Counted from the first letter of the stretch, positions 1 to 12,900 are shown. The stretch is DNA of 64,000 nucleotides from Lytechinus pictus (GCF_037042905.1 NC_087252.1:24306001-24370000), one strand, 5' to 3'. Translations and numbers: made by a program. Notes: a model not told the origin generated them from the letters alone.

Positions 1-334
1 CGGCAGGATGCCACCAACGCCCTTCTCTCCATCAACATTCTCTTCACGCCAACAGATGACACCACAACGGATGACAAATCCACCTGGAATCTTCCACGAA
101 TACCATGCACCGTCGCCTGCGTCATCGTTCATGCAACAGCAAAATCCAGGTCCTTCAGGATTCCAGAGATCGTCAAGTGGGTTTTTTCAGCAGGACTATA
201 CCAACAACATCGAAACGCTTCAAGCTCCATCGATGTCTCTGAACCAGATGGGAGTTCAGGACGGTGGGATGAGAAGCTCACCGGAAAGTGCAGCATCAGC
301 AGCAGTTCCGCCACCCTCGACAACAAACGCCTAG
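1..334 (+). CDS. C-terminal low-complexity (P/S/Q-rich) part of the probable Harbinger second protein (Myb/SANT/MADF type), 5'-truncated by the window
   Basis: GC-richer open frame ending in TAG at 334, convergent with the transposase, with AATAAA near 950. Harbingers typically carry a second ORF. No diagnostic domain is visible here. Confidence 0.5.
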   Translation, partial: GRMPPTPFSPSTFSSRQQMTPQRMTNPPGIFHEYHAPSPASSFMQQQNPGPSGFQRSSSGFFQQDYTNNIETLQAPSMSLNQMGVQDGGMRSSPESAASAAVPPPSTTNA

Positions 335-1251
335 AGTAGGCTCTTCGGCATGTGGCGATATCTGTTTTTGTCAGTTGTTAAATTAGTGTTCTATTTCTAA
401 AAGTTTGGTTTTAAACGTTCAGATTTTGACTTGCATGTTTATTTTTTTGTTCTAAAGTAGTAACAGGGTTGATTCCTCGGTCCATGCAAGATGTTGAGAC
501 TCATATTGCTACAAATTTTGACTATGTTTGATGGATAGAAAAAAAAGATCACCAATAATGGATGAGCCAATTGTAGTTTTGCATTACGTGCGTTTAACTT
601 GACTTAATTGTTCTGTATTCAAAATCATTGGTCTTGATTTACGAAGTAGAATGTGGCTAGTACTCCACTGTCATTTGAGTTTGCCAATTAATCCGATGGT
701 AAGATGTGGTAGGTCCAGTTCTCCCTGAAACATTAACAAAGAACAATGAATAATTCATCAAAATTCTCTCAAAAGCGTACAAGTGTAGAATTGAAAACAT
801 TATAAAAGTAATTTAATTGTTTTTTCTCCTATCAACAACTATTAACATGTGAGAAAAGGACCTCTTATTTCCGATAAAAATGATAATGTTTCTGTCGTAG
901 TTTCCGAATGTGTTCGTTTACAGACCTTTTGTGTAGTTGAAATTTTGACAATAAAGTGGATTGCCATAAAATAATTTATTCTTCTTTGTCATGTGTTTGT
1001 GGTTTCCTAGCATGTACAATTTTTAGAGTATAAAATAAAATGAGATAATCCTTAATCGATACCATTGTGGAAATGACATGAAATTCTTGAAGGAAATTTG
1101 TTTTGGGATAAAATGTAATTCAGAAATCAGGTAACATGCATCTTTGGCAAATTTACTACACGAAATCTTACATAGCAATAAGTCAACTCTGAATATTTGT
1201 ATGCCTATGTGGGGAAGACTCTAGATACAAATGCGCACACCGTATCACCTT

Positions 1252-1986
1252 TTAGATCATCTTCTCTTGCCAAGGGACACTACCAGCTGGAGAGGTGTAG
1301 TAGCTGCGGAGGTAGTCACGTTGTGCCTTTGCCGCTTTGGTGGTATTGTTGCCTCTCATGACGTCCAGGCTCGCCAACTCGCGATCGCCCCTCCATATTC
1401 CTGGAATGATGTTGTGGGTCGCTGGGTCCTCAAAATCCACTAGATTATTGTGCAGCTTTGGGAACCGGATCCTCAAAAGGTTATGAAGTACACAACACGC
1501 CAGCACGACAGATTGTACTCGGTCAGGGGTCAGGTACAGTGTCCTTAGAAGGCAGCGGAACCTGAAATAAAAAAGACCAAGGCGATTTTTTTAAACAATA
1601 TACGTTGAACCCTATCCAATGTAGCAATTAATTTAACATGTTTAATGCTCTGTATGGCATAATTATCATACCTGTGCGCCAGTATTCCAAAAGCGTTCTC
1701 GACAACGCGTCGTGCTCTTGACAGCCTGTAATTAAACAGTCTTTCCTGGTCGGTCAACAGGCGGTGAGGATAAGGCTTCATCAACCAACTACGCAAAGGA
1801 AATGCGTCATCAGCGACAATCGAAAAGGGGATCGGTTCATCGTCGTTTGGCAGAGGTGATGGTGGGGGTATTCCCGCTGTGTCATCTTCCAAGGCTTTTC
1901 GAAGTTCGCATTCCGAGAAAATCCCACCATCTGACCAGCTATACAAAATAACGATGAAAAAAATTATATATGCATAAAAATTATGA

Positions 1987-2017
<31 letters not shown>

Positions 2018-2962
2018 CTTAATGAACAAATTGAAACAATGAAAAAGTAACCTGGTCCATGAACCTATACTGGTTCAAGGCAATATATATATATATAAAG
2101 TATATATATCATCCTGACACATGTTACGTAATTTTTAAAGAAACCAATTATTAATTCCAATTATTTGGATAACATTTTTCATATATTGTATCCAAATTGA
2201 GAACTTGACACACATGACTTGAATTATATTTATCGTGACTCACCTGCCGTTGCTCCCAACGTCGACATACAGAAAGCGATATTCTGCGTCTACAAGGGCA
2301 AGCAATACCACAGAATGGTAGCCCTTATAATTGTAGTAGACTGACCCTGCATTCGTCGGACATTTTACAGCGATGTGCTTCCCATCTAAAGCCCCGATGA
2401 CATTGTGGAAGTTCCAACGTTCCGAAAACCCTTTGCTTACGGACATCCACTTGGCTGGCTTGGACGGGAGGCAGCACACTTCTGGAGCTAATTCTGCTAT
2501 GATAGCTTTGCATGTTTCTGGGACAATGCGGCAGATGCTACACTTGGCGACTCTGAAGTTGTACTCCAAGCTTTGGTATGAATCCCCTGTCGCCAGGAAT
2601 CTCAGGGTGATAGCAAGACGAAGTCCGGCACTTAATGCTTTCCGCATGAACGTGTCCTGCTTCTCGATGCGAGGACCAACACGGGATAAGAGTTCTTGAA
2701 AAATCCCAGAGTCAATGCGTAGAAAGTTACGAAAGCCGTCCAGGTCTTCGCCAGCTAACTCCGCCATCAGCGTCTCATAGTGTCCGTATGTTGGCCTCCT
2801 TAACAACCATGGTCTTGTCCAAAACCTCCTTTGGATCTTCTTGGTCTTCTCTTGAACATCTCTTTTTCTGCGGCGCCTCCTTGACAACAGGGTCGCACCA
2901 ATTGTGCAGAAGATCAGGGTCTCTTCTTCTTCAAGCAGAGCGAAAATGCTTCTGGCATCCAT
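1252..2962 (-). CDS. Harbinger/HARBI1-family DDE transposase; exons 2962-2244, 1938-1672, 1561-1252; 431 aa
   Basis: Motifs LAITLRFLATGDSY, GALDGKH (D), ADDAFPL (D), FNYRLSRARRVVENAFGIL (E) and ACCVLHN. GT-AG introns 2243-1939 (AG|GTGAGT...TATAG) and 1671-1562 (AG|GTATGA...TTCAG) join the frames. Exon total 719+267+310=1296 nt with no internal stop. Confidence 0.93.
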
Positions 2963-3408
2963 CTTTGAGCGCCAAAAATGTGCATTTCCCGCCCCTTGGT
3001 CGTATAAACTCTTATCTTGATAACTCGTTCATAGCTCGCTTTAAGTCGTATAAAGGTCACTGCAACTCATACTAAGCTCGGTCTGACTCGCTTCGCACTC
3101 GGTTCACTCGTACAGCGAGCGTAGTGAACTCGATGTTGAATCTTTTGTCACTCGTGCAAATTCCAGAAAAATATGTAAATTTCACGCGAGCTTGTGCGAG
3201 TTAAGGCGAGTTGGAGCTCGCGCAGCTCGCGTATGACTCGCAACTCCAACTCGCCAAAGTGGAAACCTTACATGTTGCACATGTGCTTGGAGACCTACAG
3301 AGACCAGTCTTGCGACTGGGTGCGATAATATGAGACTGTTGCAAGACCGATCGAAATTACGGCTTACTACATTCCACTACCGTTGCATTCGCATGTATGC
3401 GACCGTTC

Positions 3409-4122
3409 AGCCCCTTTCACAATTGACGTCCGACCAGTTTACGACCGCCTGCAACAGTTTTTTCTTGTTGTTGCACGATCGATCTCTTGGTGTCTTGCGA
3501 GCACTCGCAGTCGTTGTAGACGGTCGCACGAACTCGATTTGGTCGTGGCTGGTCACATCTGAACTTTGAACATGTTCAAAATCCGAACGCGATCAAATAC
3601 GATCGATTCACTCGCATCAGGCCGTACCCGGGGTCGTACTATCGGTCGGGCGATCATCGTGCGAGTGTTGTTCAACGTTGTACGACTTGGTGCGAGAGGT
3701 GGCACAACTAAGTAGTCGCATTTACTTGACTGGAGGTCGTGCAACACTTGCACATGTGCAAGCGACCTACATGTACAGAGACCTGTCTTGCGACTGGTTG
3801 CGATAATAATATGGGCCATAAGACTGTTGCAAGACCGATCGCAACGGCTTACAACATTGCACTACCATTTCATTCGCATGTATGCGACCGTTCCACTCGC
3901 AATCCCTCGTGCAACACTCGCATGTGATCGCACGAGCACAATAAGAGCATATGCGACTTACTCGTGCAACGGGGTTTACTGGTTGTTTTTGTTGTACAAC
4001 AGCTGTTGCAACTGTGAAAGCCTCTGTGCGATCTTATGAGATGACTAGCGATTGATGCCTGTTGCAGCCTGTCGCACGACCAAAAGGTCGCAAATGGTCG
4101 TACGTCAATTGTGAAAGGGGCT
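3409..4122. mobile_element. Non-autonomous Harbinger-like element with ~31-bp TIRs
   Basis: AGCCCCTTTCACAATTGACGTCCGACCA at 3409 is the near-perfect reverse complement of TGGTCGTACGTCAATTGTGAAAGGGGCT ending at 4122. Interior is rich in TCGCA/TGCGA motifs. Confidence 0.85.
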
Positions 4123-5247
4123 TTAGCCTTTAGATTTATTTGTCATAATGGTCGTGCGACTACATTTCCCAACATGGCAATACATGTGATGAAATGAGCT
4201 TTAAGAATTAAAATGTGAACTTAAAGAACCTACTCTTTTAGTATTTCAAACATCATTCTCCACAGATAATTTTTTTTAGCTTATGCAAATGGTTATTGAC
4301 CGATCTATTTTAATTTCTGGTCTAATGAACTGTTCAATTAACTGATCAAAGAGACCGCAGTTGCATGAAACAACACCTTCTACATTCTAAAATTGGGAAA
4401 ATGAGCTACGGACACTGACATAAGCCTTTTGATAGAAGATGCATGGAAGTGAGGGGGAGGGGAAACTTGCCCCCCCCCCAAAAAAAAAAAAATCAAGAAA
4501 AGGCATAAAACAACAGAAGCAAAATAATAGAAAACTTGTTGGGGAGGGGGTCATTTAGTTATTTATTTATTCATTTATTCTTTTATTTATATATTTATAT
4601 ATATTTATCTATTTATTATAACCTCAATTGAATGTAAATATTGTAATTTTAAACATTTTTTTTGGTTAATAAACACAAATTCTTCCCTAAATTAAGGCTT
4701 TTGCTTAAAAGACTTGGTCAGTCAGCTCACTCACCAGCAGCGTAGCTAGGATTTTGTCAGCAGAGGAGCACGGGGGCAGGGCTTGGTATTTTGCAGGGGG
4801 TACCAAAATAGATTGATTCATCAAGTATTTATTATTAAGTACATATTAGCTTTATTCTCACAAGCACGATTAAGTATCTGACAAGGCCCATTTGAATAAT
4901 GCGAGCGCGAAGCGCAAGCATTTTATAATATGCCATGAAATTTAGAGCTGAAAGTTAGAAAGTTACACAATTCGTAAGTGTAATCATGAACATGTAATGT
5001 AATGTTAAAAATTTCAGATATTTTTTTATATTCTGACGTGAAAACGGAGCATTTAATACATATTAAAAAAAAATGATATATAGGCTATTGATGCGAGCGC
5101 GAAACGCAATCTGATTTTTATATTCCAATCCGTAAACTGGACATTTTGATGACATTTTGAAATAAAGAATGTTATGTATCTGTTTTTGAAAAAATCCAGC
5201 ACAAGCCGAGCTGGCTTTTTTTTAAAATTAGAAACGAAACATTCTAA

Positions 5248-5460
5248 GGCGCGATAGCTCAATCGGTAGTGAGGGGGTTTCGGATTCCGGTGGCCTGGGT
5301 TCGATTCCCACTTAGCGCGCTAGTGCCAAATAAGGCATTTAAATGGTAGTAAGGCATTTTAATCCTATAGGTCCCTCGGAGAGTACCTTAAGCCATCGGT
5401 CATCTGGTTGCTTGCTTAGAAGCATTCACGCTTTCTTAGCAAATGAGGTAAAACAAAAAT
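5248..5460 (+). mobile_element. tRNA-derived SINE
   Basis: A box TAGCTCAATCGGTAG and B box GGTTCGATTCCC, followed by a non-tRNA body and an A-rich end. Confidence 0.7.
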
Positions 5461-5901
5461 CGTGAAATCATGAACAATGATCAGTATTTAATTATAGCAT
5501 TTGATGCGAGCGCGAAGCGTAAACTGAAAATGTCGAATTAAACGAAGGATTTTAAACATGTTTTTAATGTAGAAAAAGATGAATATCTTACTTAACAAAA
5601 ACGTTAGCGCAAAAGTGCGAGCTAAAATTGGGAGAGACTAAGAGCTAAAGATTGGACATACAGTATTCACATTCATTTAATAATGGACTGGATGCGACTG
5701 GATTCTGAGAAATTGACACTTCAAGCAAGGTTTTTTTTTTAAACAGATAGCAAGTTGTTTATCTCATATATTAATGCCAGCGCGAAGCTCGAGTCGAAAA
5801 TTTATTTGCCATCTTTTTGTAATCCCGTGTAGGGTGCCTATCTCGCTAAATCACAATAAGATATACACTCGAATCGCGAGCAGAATACTTTGGGTATATT
5901 A

Positions 5902-6108
5902 CAACGGCGTACAGTACCCAGGATTTTCCAAAGGGGGGGGGGGCAATTTTTTTGGAGGATATTTCGAAGGTTTTCAACCACAAATAAAGGATTTTGTACC
6001 AGAAAAAAAAAATCGTCAGGGGGTACGTCCCCTGCATGAGTTGTGACTCGTCGGGGGGGGGGGGGGGGGGGGGACAGTCTAGCTGCCCCCCCCCCCTTTA
6101 CGCTAGTG
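5902..6108. mobile_element. hAT-like MITE
   Basis: CAACGGCGTA...TACGCTAGTG ends with a perfect 8-bp TSD GTATATTA (5894-5901 and 6109-6116). Confidence 0.8.
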
Positions 6109-6344
6109 GTATATTATCTTGAAAACGGGATACTTTCAGCTCCATGTAATCCTTTCGGACACTACACATGACCTTAGGCAGCGGGGGGAGGGGGGAGAGG
6201 AAGTTGCGGCCAGAAATTTTGTAACTCGTTTTAAGTATGTATACTTATTCATGTAATTATGTTAATAATTTACAGTATCTTCAATTTTACATTCAAAATG
6301 CCCCCCCCCTCTCCCCGCTAAATTTTGCATGCCCCCTTTCGGAA

Positions 6345-7450
6345 AATATTTCTTCCATCCTACTTGAAAATTCTTTTAATATTTGTGACATTAGAAACGA
6401 TCGATATTCGTTAGATGAACCAATTTAAATCGAAGAATTTAAGTTGTAAAAAAACTTAAAACTATTGATAGTGTTCACAAACTTCTATTTTGAGTAAATC
6501 ACGATTTTTTATGTCATATTGCCATATATGTGTGTGTAATATTCCAAATTGAAATGCATATTTAGTAGACTTATAATTTGTAATTCTGAATAAAAATAAT
6601 TCCATATCAAAGATAATAAAAAATATGATGATAATCCGTCAAAATATCAAAATGCGTGATTTTCGACAGTCTTTTAGATTTCACGCTAAAATGATACTTT
6701 CACGCAAAAGTGCACTTGGCATCCGCCCGTACGTTATTCCTCAGTATTTCCGCAAGAATTTGAGCTGGGATGCAAAGAATTGACAAATTGTGCTATTCAA
6801 TTAAAAACTCGCTTTAGTGTGTACTTATACATGTAATTAAAAACTCGCTTTAGTATGTACTTATACATGTAATTAAGTACATAATGTACGGTATTTTCAA
6901 TTTTCCTTTCAAAATGCGCACATGGTAAAATGCACATTGTCTCCTTTCGGATAACATAAAATGAGATATATTCCATCTTACTTGAAAATTCTTTTAATAT
7001 TTGTGGCATTAGGACATTTACTATACATTCGATTAAGAAACGCATTTAAATCGAAGAATTTAAGTTGCGTAAAAAACTTTAAACTATTGATAGTTTTCAC
7101 AAACTTTAATTTTGAGGAAATCGCGGTTTTATGTTTTCCTGTGCCATTTGTGTGTGTGTAATATTAAAATTTGAAATGCATATTTATGAGACTTATAATT
7201 TGAAACTCTGAATAAAAATAATTTCATATCAAAGATAATTAAAAATATTAAAATAATCCGTCAAAATATCAAAATGCGTGATTTTCGACATTCTTTCAGA
7301 TTTTACGCAAAAAATGAAACTTTTACGCAAAATTGCGCTTGGCATCCGGCCGTACGCTATTCCTGGGTATTTTTGCAAGACTATTAGCTGGGATGACAAG
7401 CATTAGCAAGCATTAACAAATTTTGCCGTCCAAAGTATAAAAAATCGTTT
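6345..7450 (+). repeat. Diverged direct duplication, two ~480-bp copies (~6345-6815 and ~6970-7450)
   Basis: Shared text such as TACTTGAAAATTCTTTTAATATTTGTG and ATAATCCGTCAAAATATCAAAATGCGTGATTTTCGACA. A ~36-bp tandem pair lies at ~6800-6875. Confidence 0.85.
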
Positions 7451-7649
7451 TGGCCGGTCTACTATAAGCTCTTTAAAAGTTTCATCCATGTCAAACAACC
7501 CTTCACAAATGTATTATTAGGATCAGTAAATACAGCTCACGCTTCGCTCTCTAGGGGGGGATAGGTCTTCGATGCCCTTTTTCTATTTTTTTTTACATCC
7601 GAAGGCGTCACACATGTTTCAACGATAGAGCATGTTTAATAGCTCCATG

Positions 7650-7878
7650 CACAGTAAAAACGCTGTTTAAAATTTTTATACAACGCTGTTTACTATATGA
7701 ACCTTACAGTAATTGTTTAAACAGTTTAACAAGTGTTTAAATCTTAAACAACAAAGTTTAATTTTCAATATCTAATCTTCAATAAATTAAACATGACTGT
7801 TGACACTGTTAAAAAACTACTGTAAGGTTCATATAGTAAACAGCGTTGTATAAAAGCTTAAACAGCGTTTTTACTGTG
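7650..7878. mobile_element. EnSpm/CACTA-like palindromic MITE
   Basis: CACAGTAAAAACGCTGTTTAA...TTAAACAGCGTTTTTACTGTG with long TIRs and a 2-bp TG TSD. A decayed relative lies at ~40870-41000. Confidence 0.8.
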
Positions 7879-8108
7879 TGGATAGAGGTAATTTTTAGGC
7901 ATTATGTACCATAACGCTTTTTTATGTTCATACGCAGAGAGAGTGAGAGAGAGAGAGAGAAGAGGGGTTCCTTCTTATAGCTATATTTATCCAGGGACGC
8001 ATAAAATATCGCGAACCTGCTTTCGTAGACATCTGCCTTTGCGGTTAGTCTTTTAATCACAGACCCTGTAAATCGAAACAATCCATCTCTACTAGTAGAT
8101 GCGAACAA

Positions 8109-8620
8109 CAGGTGCGGATCCAGGGTTTTCCAAAAGGGGATGGGGGCATTTTTGTACGGGAAAACTTTGACAAGTAAAAAAAAAGTTCTCTCTACAAAAT
8201 AAGGGGAATTTTGTTCAGGAAAAATTTGACAAGCAAGCAAAAAAAAAAAGAAAAAAAAAAGGTTATCAGAGAGGTTTCTCTACCTCATATGCACTATGGG
8301 TTATCACTGCAAAATACAAAAATGGAGGTTATTTTGTTCCAGAAAAAAATTGACAAACAACCCCCCGAAAAAAGGTCCTCACTTGCAAGTTTCAAAATTT
8401 ATTGATCAAAATCCACACATATTGGATCATTTCAATTTTACAAAACAAATACTAATGTGGACAATTACAGTGAAACATGAAGTTACAAATCCAATATATA
8501 ATGTAAATAAATATAAATACATGAGATAATTGCATGAGATTTTCCCATAAAAAACATTGTTTGTGCCTCTCAAGGAGGGGGGGGGGGGGGCGGATGTAAT
8601 CTCACCTGGATCCACCACTG
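8109..8620. mobile_element. hAT-like non-autonomous element
   Basis: CAGGTGCGGATCCAGG...CCTGGATCCACCACTG with an 8-bp TSD GCGAACAA/GCTAACAA (1 mismatch). Confidence 0.75.
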
Positions 8621-8727
8621 GCTAACAAGAATTTATTTGTTTAAGCTTTGAAAATTGTTTATTACAAACTCTTAAAGGCTTATTAGTAAGTTATGCTGTT
8701 AGGGGTTTGTTCTCTAATAGGCCTCAT

Positions 8728-9332
8728 TTAAAGGACAAGTCCACCCCAACAAAAAGTTGATTTGAATAAAAAGAGAAAAATCCAACAAGCATAACACTGA
8801 AAATTTTATCAAAATCGGATGTAAAATAAGAAAGTTATGCCATTTTAAAGTTTCGCTCAATTTCACTAAACAGTTATATCCACATCCCGGTCGGTGTGCA
8901 AATGAGGGAACTGATGACATCACTCACTCACTATTTATTTTGTATTTTATTACATGAAATATTCTAATTTTCTCCTCATTGTCCAGTGAAACAAAGTTTT
9001 ATTTCTCCCTGAACATGTTGAATTACCGTTGCTTAACATTTATGGTTCAGTCAAGTTGGTCCTCATTGTCAAATCTGCAAATTTTTTTATATAATGTATA
9101 ATTCGAACAGTAAAAAACTAAAGAAATAGTGAGTGAGGGACATCATCGATTCTCTCATTTGCATGTGACTATATTGTGCATATAACTATTTTGTGAAAAA
9201 TAAGCGAAACTTTAAAATGTCATAACTTTCTTATTTTGCATCCGATTTTGATGAAATTTTCAGCATAATGCTTGTCTGATTTTTCTCTATTGATTCAAAT
9301 CAACATTTTTCTGAGGTGGACTTGACCTTTAA
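8728..9332 (+). mobile_element. TTAA-flanked (Kolobok-like) MITE, family A copy 1
   Basis: TTAA-AGGACAAGTCCACC...GGTGGACTTGACCT-TTAA with long imperfect TIRs. Further copies at 32665 and 34082. Confidence 0.85.
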
Positions 9333-9689
9333 GAATTTGTTTGCATCAGTGGTCTGAACCGAAAATATAACATGTCATCCTCCTAGGATTATTCAGCTAA
9401 AACTAGTTGACCACACCTGGATATTGCGAACCAGTCGGCCTTTGATCACATATCGAACCGACGAGAAAAGACCTGGGTGCTTTTGTTCTTTTTATTTTGC
9501 TTATTTCTTTCATTCGTTCGAGACATACACACAGCGTGGAGTTGCAACAGATAGAGAGAGCGCGGGAGAGAAAAATAGGCAATTTTACCGGGGCAATATA
9601 ATCACCATTCATTAGAATACAAGCTCACAACAAAAAGGTCCCCGGTTGAACTCTTTCGCTTGCCACTGCAAAACACCATGGCACGATGC

Positions 9690-9960
9690 TTGTGATGTCA
9701 CTCAGATCCACCGTGATTGGTCGAATGAACTCATTAGTATGCTAAAGAGGCGGAGTCTCTATGTTGGCTAATCAGAATATCGCTTCGCCCATTGGCTACT
9801 TAGCTCATTGTAGTAAAATTACCTGCGAGGATTTCGGCGTGCGCAGACACTAGGCAACACATTCTATTTTTACTCGACCAATGTAAAATACCGCTGCCCT
9901 TTACGTAGTACTGATATATATTCTCTTTGTATTGGTTGTGGTATAATTACCAGGGAGTAT
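9690..9960 (+). promoter_or_regulatory. Candidate main promoter of cic (long isoform)
   Basis: Four CCAAT/ATTGG boxes (9716, 9791, 9878, 9931), GAGGCGGAG, TGATGTCA (9693) and GCGTGCGC in a locally CpG-enriched non-repeat segment ~7 kb upstream of the first coding exon. Candidate donor AAG|GTAATG at 10388. Confidence 0.55.
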
Positions 9961-12900
9961 GAAATGACACTCAACAGAGTGAAGCTAGGGTTTTAAGACA
10001 AGAAAGCATGTCACAAAAAATTGCAGTGAAATGCAAAGGAATTCCACTGGAAAAGCGAATAAGCGATTGTCTTTACACTACTCTGCGGGAGGGTAATTTA
10101 TTCATGACGGTGGGATTTAAAGGACATGACAATAATAAGTAGTTATGCAAATCATGTTTGTGTCGCAACTGAACATGAATAATCATGATGAAATATATCA
10201 AGAATCCACCAATGACAGTAGTGATGAATATTCATCAGAAAATTTTGACCAATCACAACACACTAAGCCGAAACCTTCGCTCTCATTCACCATTTTTAGA
10301 GTAAGGGGTCTGTGGAGAACTCACAGTATTGGATCACAGATTACGTTGGATTTCCTCACTTTTTTGAGCCCGAATTCTTCCGAAAAGGTAATGTAACGTA
10401 AGAATAATATATCAAGATTCATAGCTTATTGATAGAATTTTAAATTTGTTTTATTAAGATGAAGTTTAAGCTGTTTGTTTGCAAGTATGTTGGTGTAGTG
10501 CAGTGTTCGATAGTTACTACGCCGGTACTCACGTATAGCTCGCGTGTACAATTCGCCGCCCAGCTGATAGGTCGGCGAGCTGATACTGCGTATAATTCGT
10601 ATTCGTAGGCTAGTGCACTGCCGTAGTAGTACGCTGCCGATCGATGAGATCTGCACTGGCACTGCACTGCAGAATTGCACACAGTTCTATGCAATGGGCC
10701 TATGCCTGGCTATGTGAAAAGTATTTTTTTACCCAAATGGATTGAATACTAGTGCCCTTACGGTACTATGAAAATTATGAAGATGATTGTGCATGACTTG
10801 AGTTTTACTAGAATTATTACAATTCCGGTACCGTAGCCTAGGCCCTGTATAAACTGATAAAACAAACGTTAGATAATAGATGATTTTTAGATCACGATTC
10901 ACTCACACAATCGTATTAAACTTTAACTTAAAGTTTAAGTTTAAAGTGACAAACCGACTCGAAAGTTGTTTGGTTGGGAGTCTACAAACAGTCTAACTAA
11001 GTTAGCGACCTTTAAAAAAATTATTGATCGATTTTGATTAATTTTAATTCCCCAAAGTCATATGAAGCATGTAATTTTGCAGGTGAATGTTTTTAAAGTT
11101 GATGAAGAGTTGATCTAGGCCTTGCCGCCTTGGTCTATATTTGTTAAACATAATAATGCTAATAATTCAGATCCGAGAAATGGGCCCCTCTCTTGTCGTT
11201 ATTAGCATTCAATTTGTTAACCCCCTTTTTTTATAAATATTAACAATTTATTCCATGGGAGAGGAAAGCTGTCGTCTCACTGACGAAATCAACAGCAGCG
11301 AAACGGTCTGGAAACATTAGTTTACGAAAATGCTTATCTATTGAAGAAGAAACAAATAAACCGGAGGAGTCAGAAAAAGGGGGGAAGGGGACCCCTTAAA
11401 TACATTTAGATTCGCTGTTTATGGCACAAAACAGCACTGTTGTGAATTAGTCTGCAAATAAAGACTAATATTTGACACTTAAACCAACAATACCATGTCT
11501 AGAGAGAAGACTAGAGTCCAAACTCTTTTTGTGTCTGGTACAGTACATAATGAATCTAGTCTCACTACTTCAGACTCTGTATTAATATGCAACTATGCAA
11601 ATTGTGAAAAACAAACGTCTGTGGCCTGCAGACTAGGTGTGAACGGGTGTGAGTGTGTAAAAATTACAAGCGCATTCTATATCTGCACCGAAAGAGAGTT
11701 CAAGCAACTACATTTATCAGTACAGCTCATAAAAAGTTTAGCCAAAACCAATTTTAAATTTAAAACATGATTGTTATGCAAGAATGAGTGACCCATTTTT
11801 ATTACTTATTTTCAATTTATGAATGTATTCTTACTATCCAATACAGTTCTTACATGTTTTAGGTGTTTAGCATGATAGAAGCTGATCACTCAAGCGTCAA
11901 CATACTTCAATTGATTGATTTGGTGCACAATACTACTACTACCCACTTTGGTTTTTATTTGTTCTTAGGGAATGTGTAGGCCTTTTGAGTAATCTAGAAC
12001 ATGTTGAAACTTGCTCCTCACAACTGAACTGTAGAAATCTTTCAAAAAGTATATGTAGTAAACAGTACTCACTATTTATTGTCCACAGAATGACTGACTG
12101 CCCTTTCACACAGTAAAAAAAAAAAATCATAATTGAAATGATGACTCCAGTGAAAAATAAGGCTAATGACTAATCAGTCACAATTACAATCGTAATCATT
12201 ATTACAATGATGATTCAAGATTCACATGTGAAAAGGCCCTGACTATCTTGTGAAATGAACATTAGGACTTTAGGGATACTCATACTGTTGCAAATTTTAA
12301 TCAGCTTTTATATCGAAGGCATGGGTTATAAATGTTTGAGAACAAAGCTGAAAAAACAGTGAATTTAAACTATCACTATTCAACAATTATTATTATGAAG
12401 GCTAGGAATGGCATTTCACCATGATTTAATGACTACCTTCCTAATTGAAAAGTAATTCATTGATTTTATACAATTATACAAATATTTAGTAACCCACAGC
12501 AACAGCTAATAATAATAAATTGCATTTTTGTAAATGGCAAAATATATTTGTGATATGGTTGGTAGGGCTTAAAGTGTGCATTAAAAATGCTTTATAGTGG
12601 TATTATAGATTTCATAATATTGCTTCTGTAATGCAACCCATTTTTTGTAAAAAAAATAATAATGTAAATGAAATTAAAGTGGTGCTATGTTTACATTCTT
12701 ATTTCTTACTGTACCTCAGACAATAAGACTTTAAGAAAATTCCCATTCTTGTATGGAGTACAATATTGGACTTCACAGATCCCGTGAAAAATTGTTATGG
12801 AAGTCACATAGACCTGTTGAATCTACCAGAAGCTCATATAATTTTGCTTTCTCAAGTGCTTTCATCATACAAATAAACTAAAATACATAATGGTCCATTG

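Larger units (their letters stand above)
1..3270 (-). mobile_element. Autonomous PIF/Harbinger DNA transposon, one end outside the window
   Basis: Contains a spliced Harbinger-type transposase and a convergent second ORF. A CpG-rich subterminal zone of repeated (A)CTCG motifs (3020-3255) ends at GTGGAAACC-TTA (3259-3270), a plausible terminus plus TWA target. The exact end is uncertain; it could extend to 4122. Confidence 0.8.
4735..6330. repeat. Degenerate interspersed element with repeated GCGAGCGCGAAGCG motifs; hosts a nested SINE and MITE
   Basis: Motif recurs near 4900, 5092, 5506, 5605, 5776 and 5876. CAGCAGCGTAGC-type start at 4735. Right end approximate. Confidence 0.5.

Noticed and set aside
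1939..1994. Hydrophobic N-terminus of ORF 1545..1994 (and its C-terminal tail)
   Set aside because: These parts are transposase introns read through by the ORF finder.
5248..5322. tRNA gene
   Set aside because: A and B boxes are present but the acceptor and anticodon stems are poor, and the sequence runs on into a SINE-like body.
11280..11312. CTGACGA...GAAACGGTC, hammerhead core words on the + strand
   Set aside because: The intervening AATCAACAGCAGC cannot form stem II and stem I is weak. Chance or too decayed to support.
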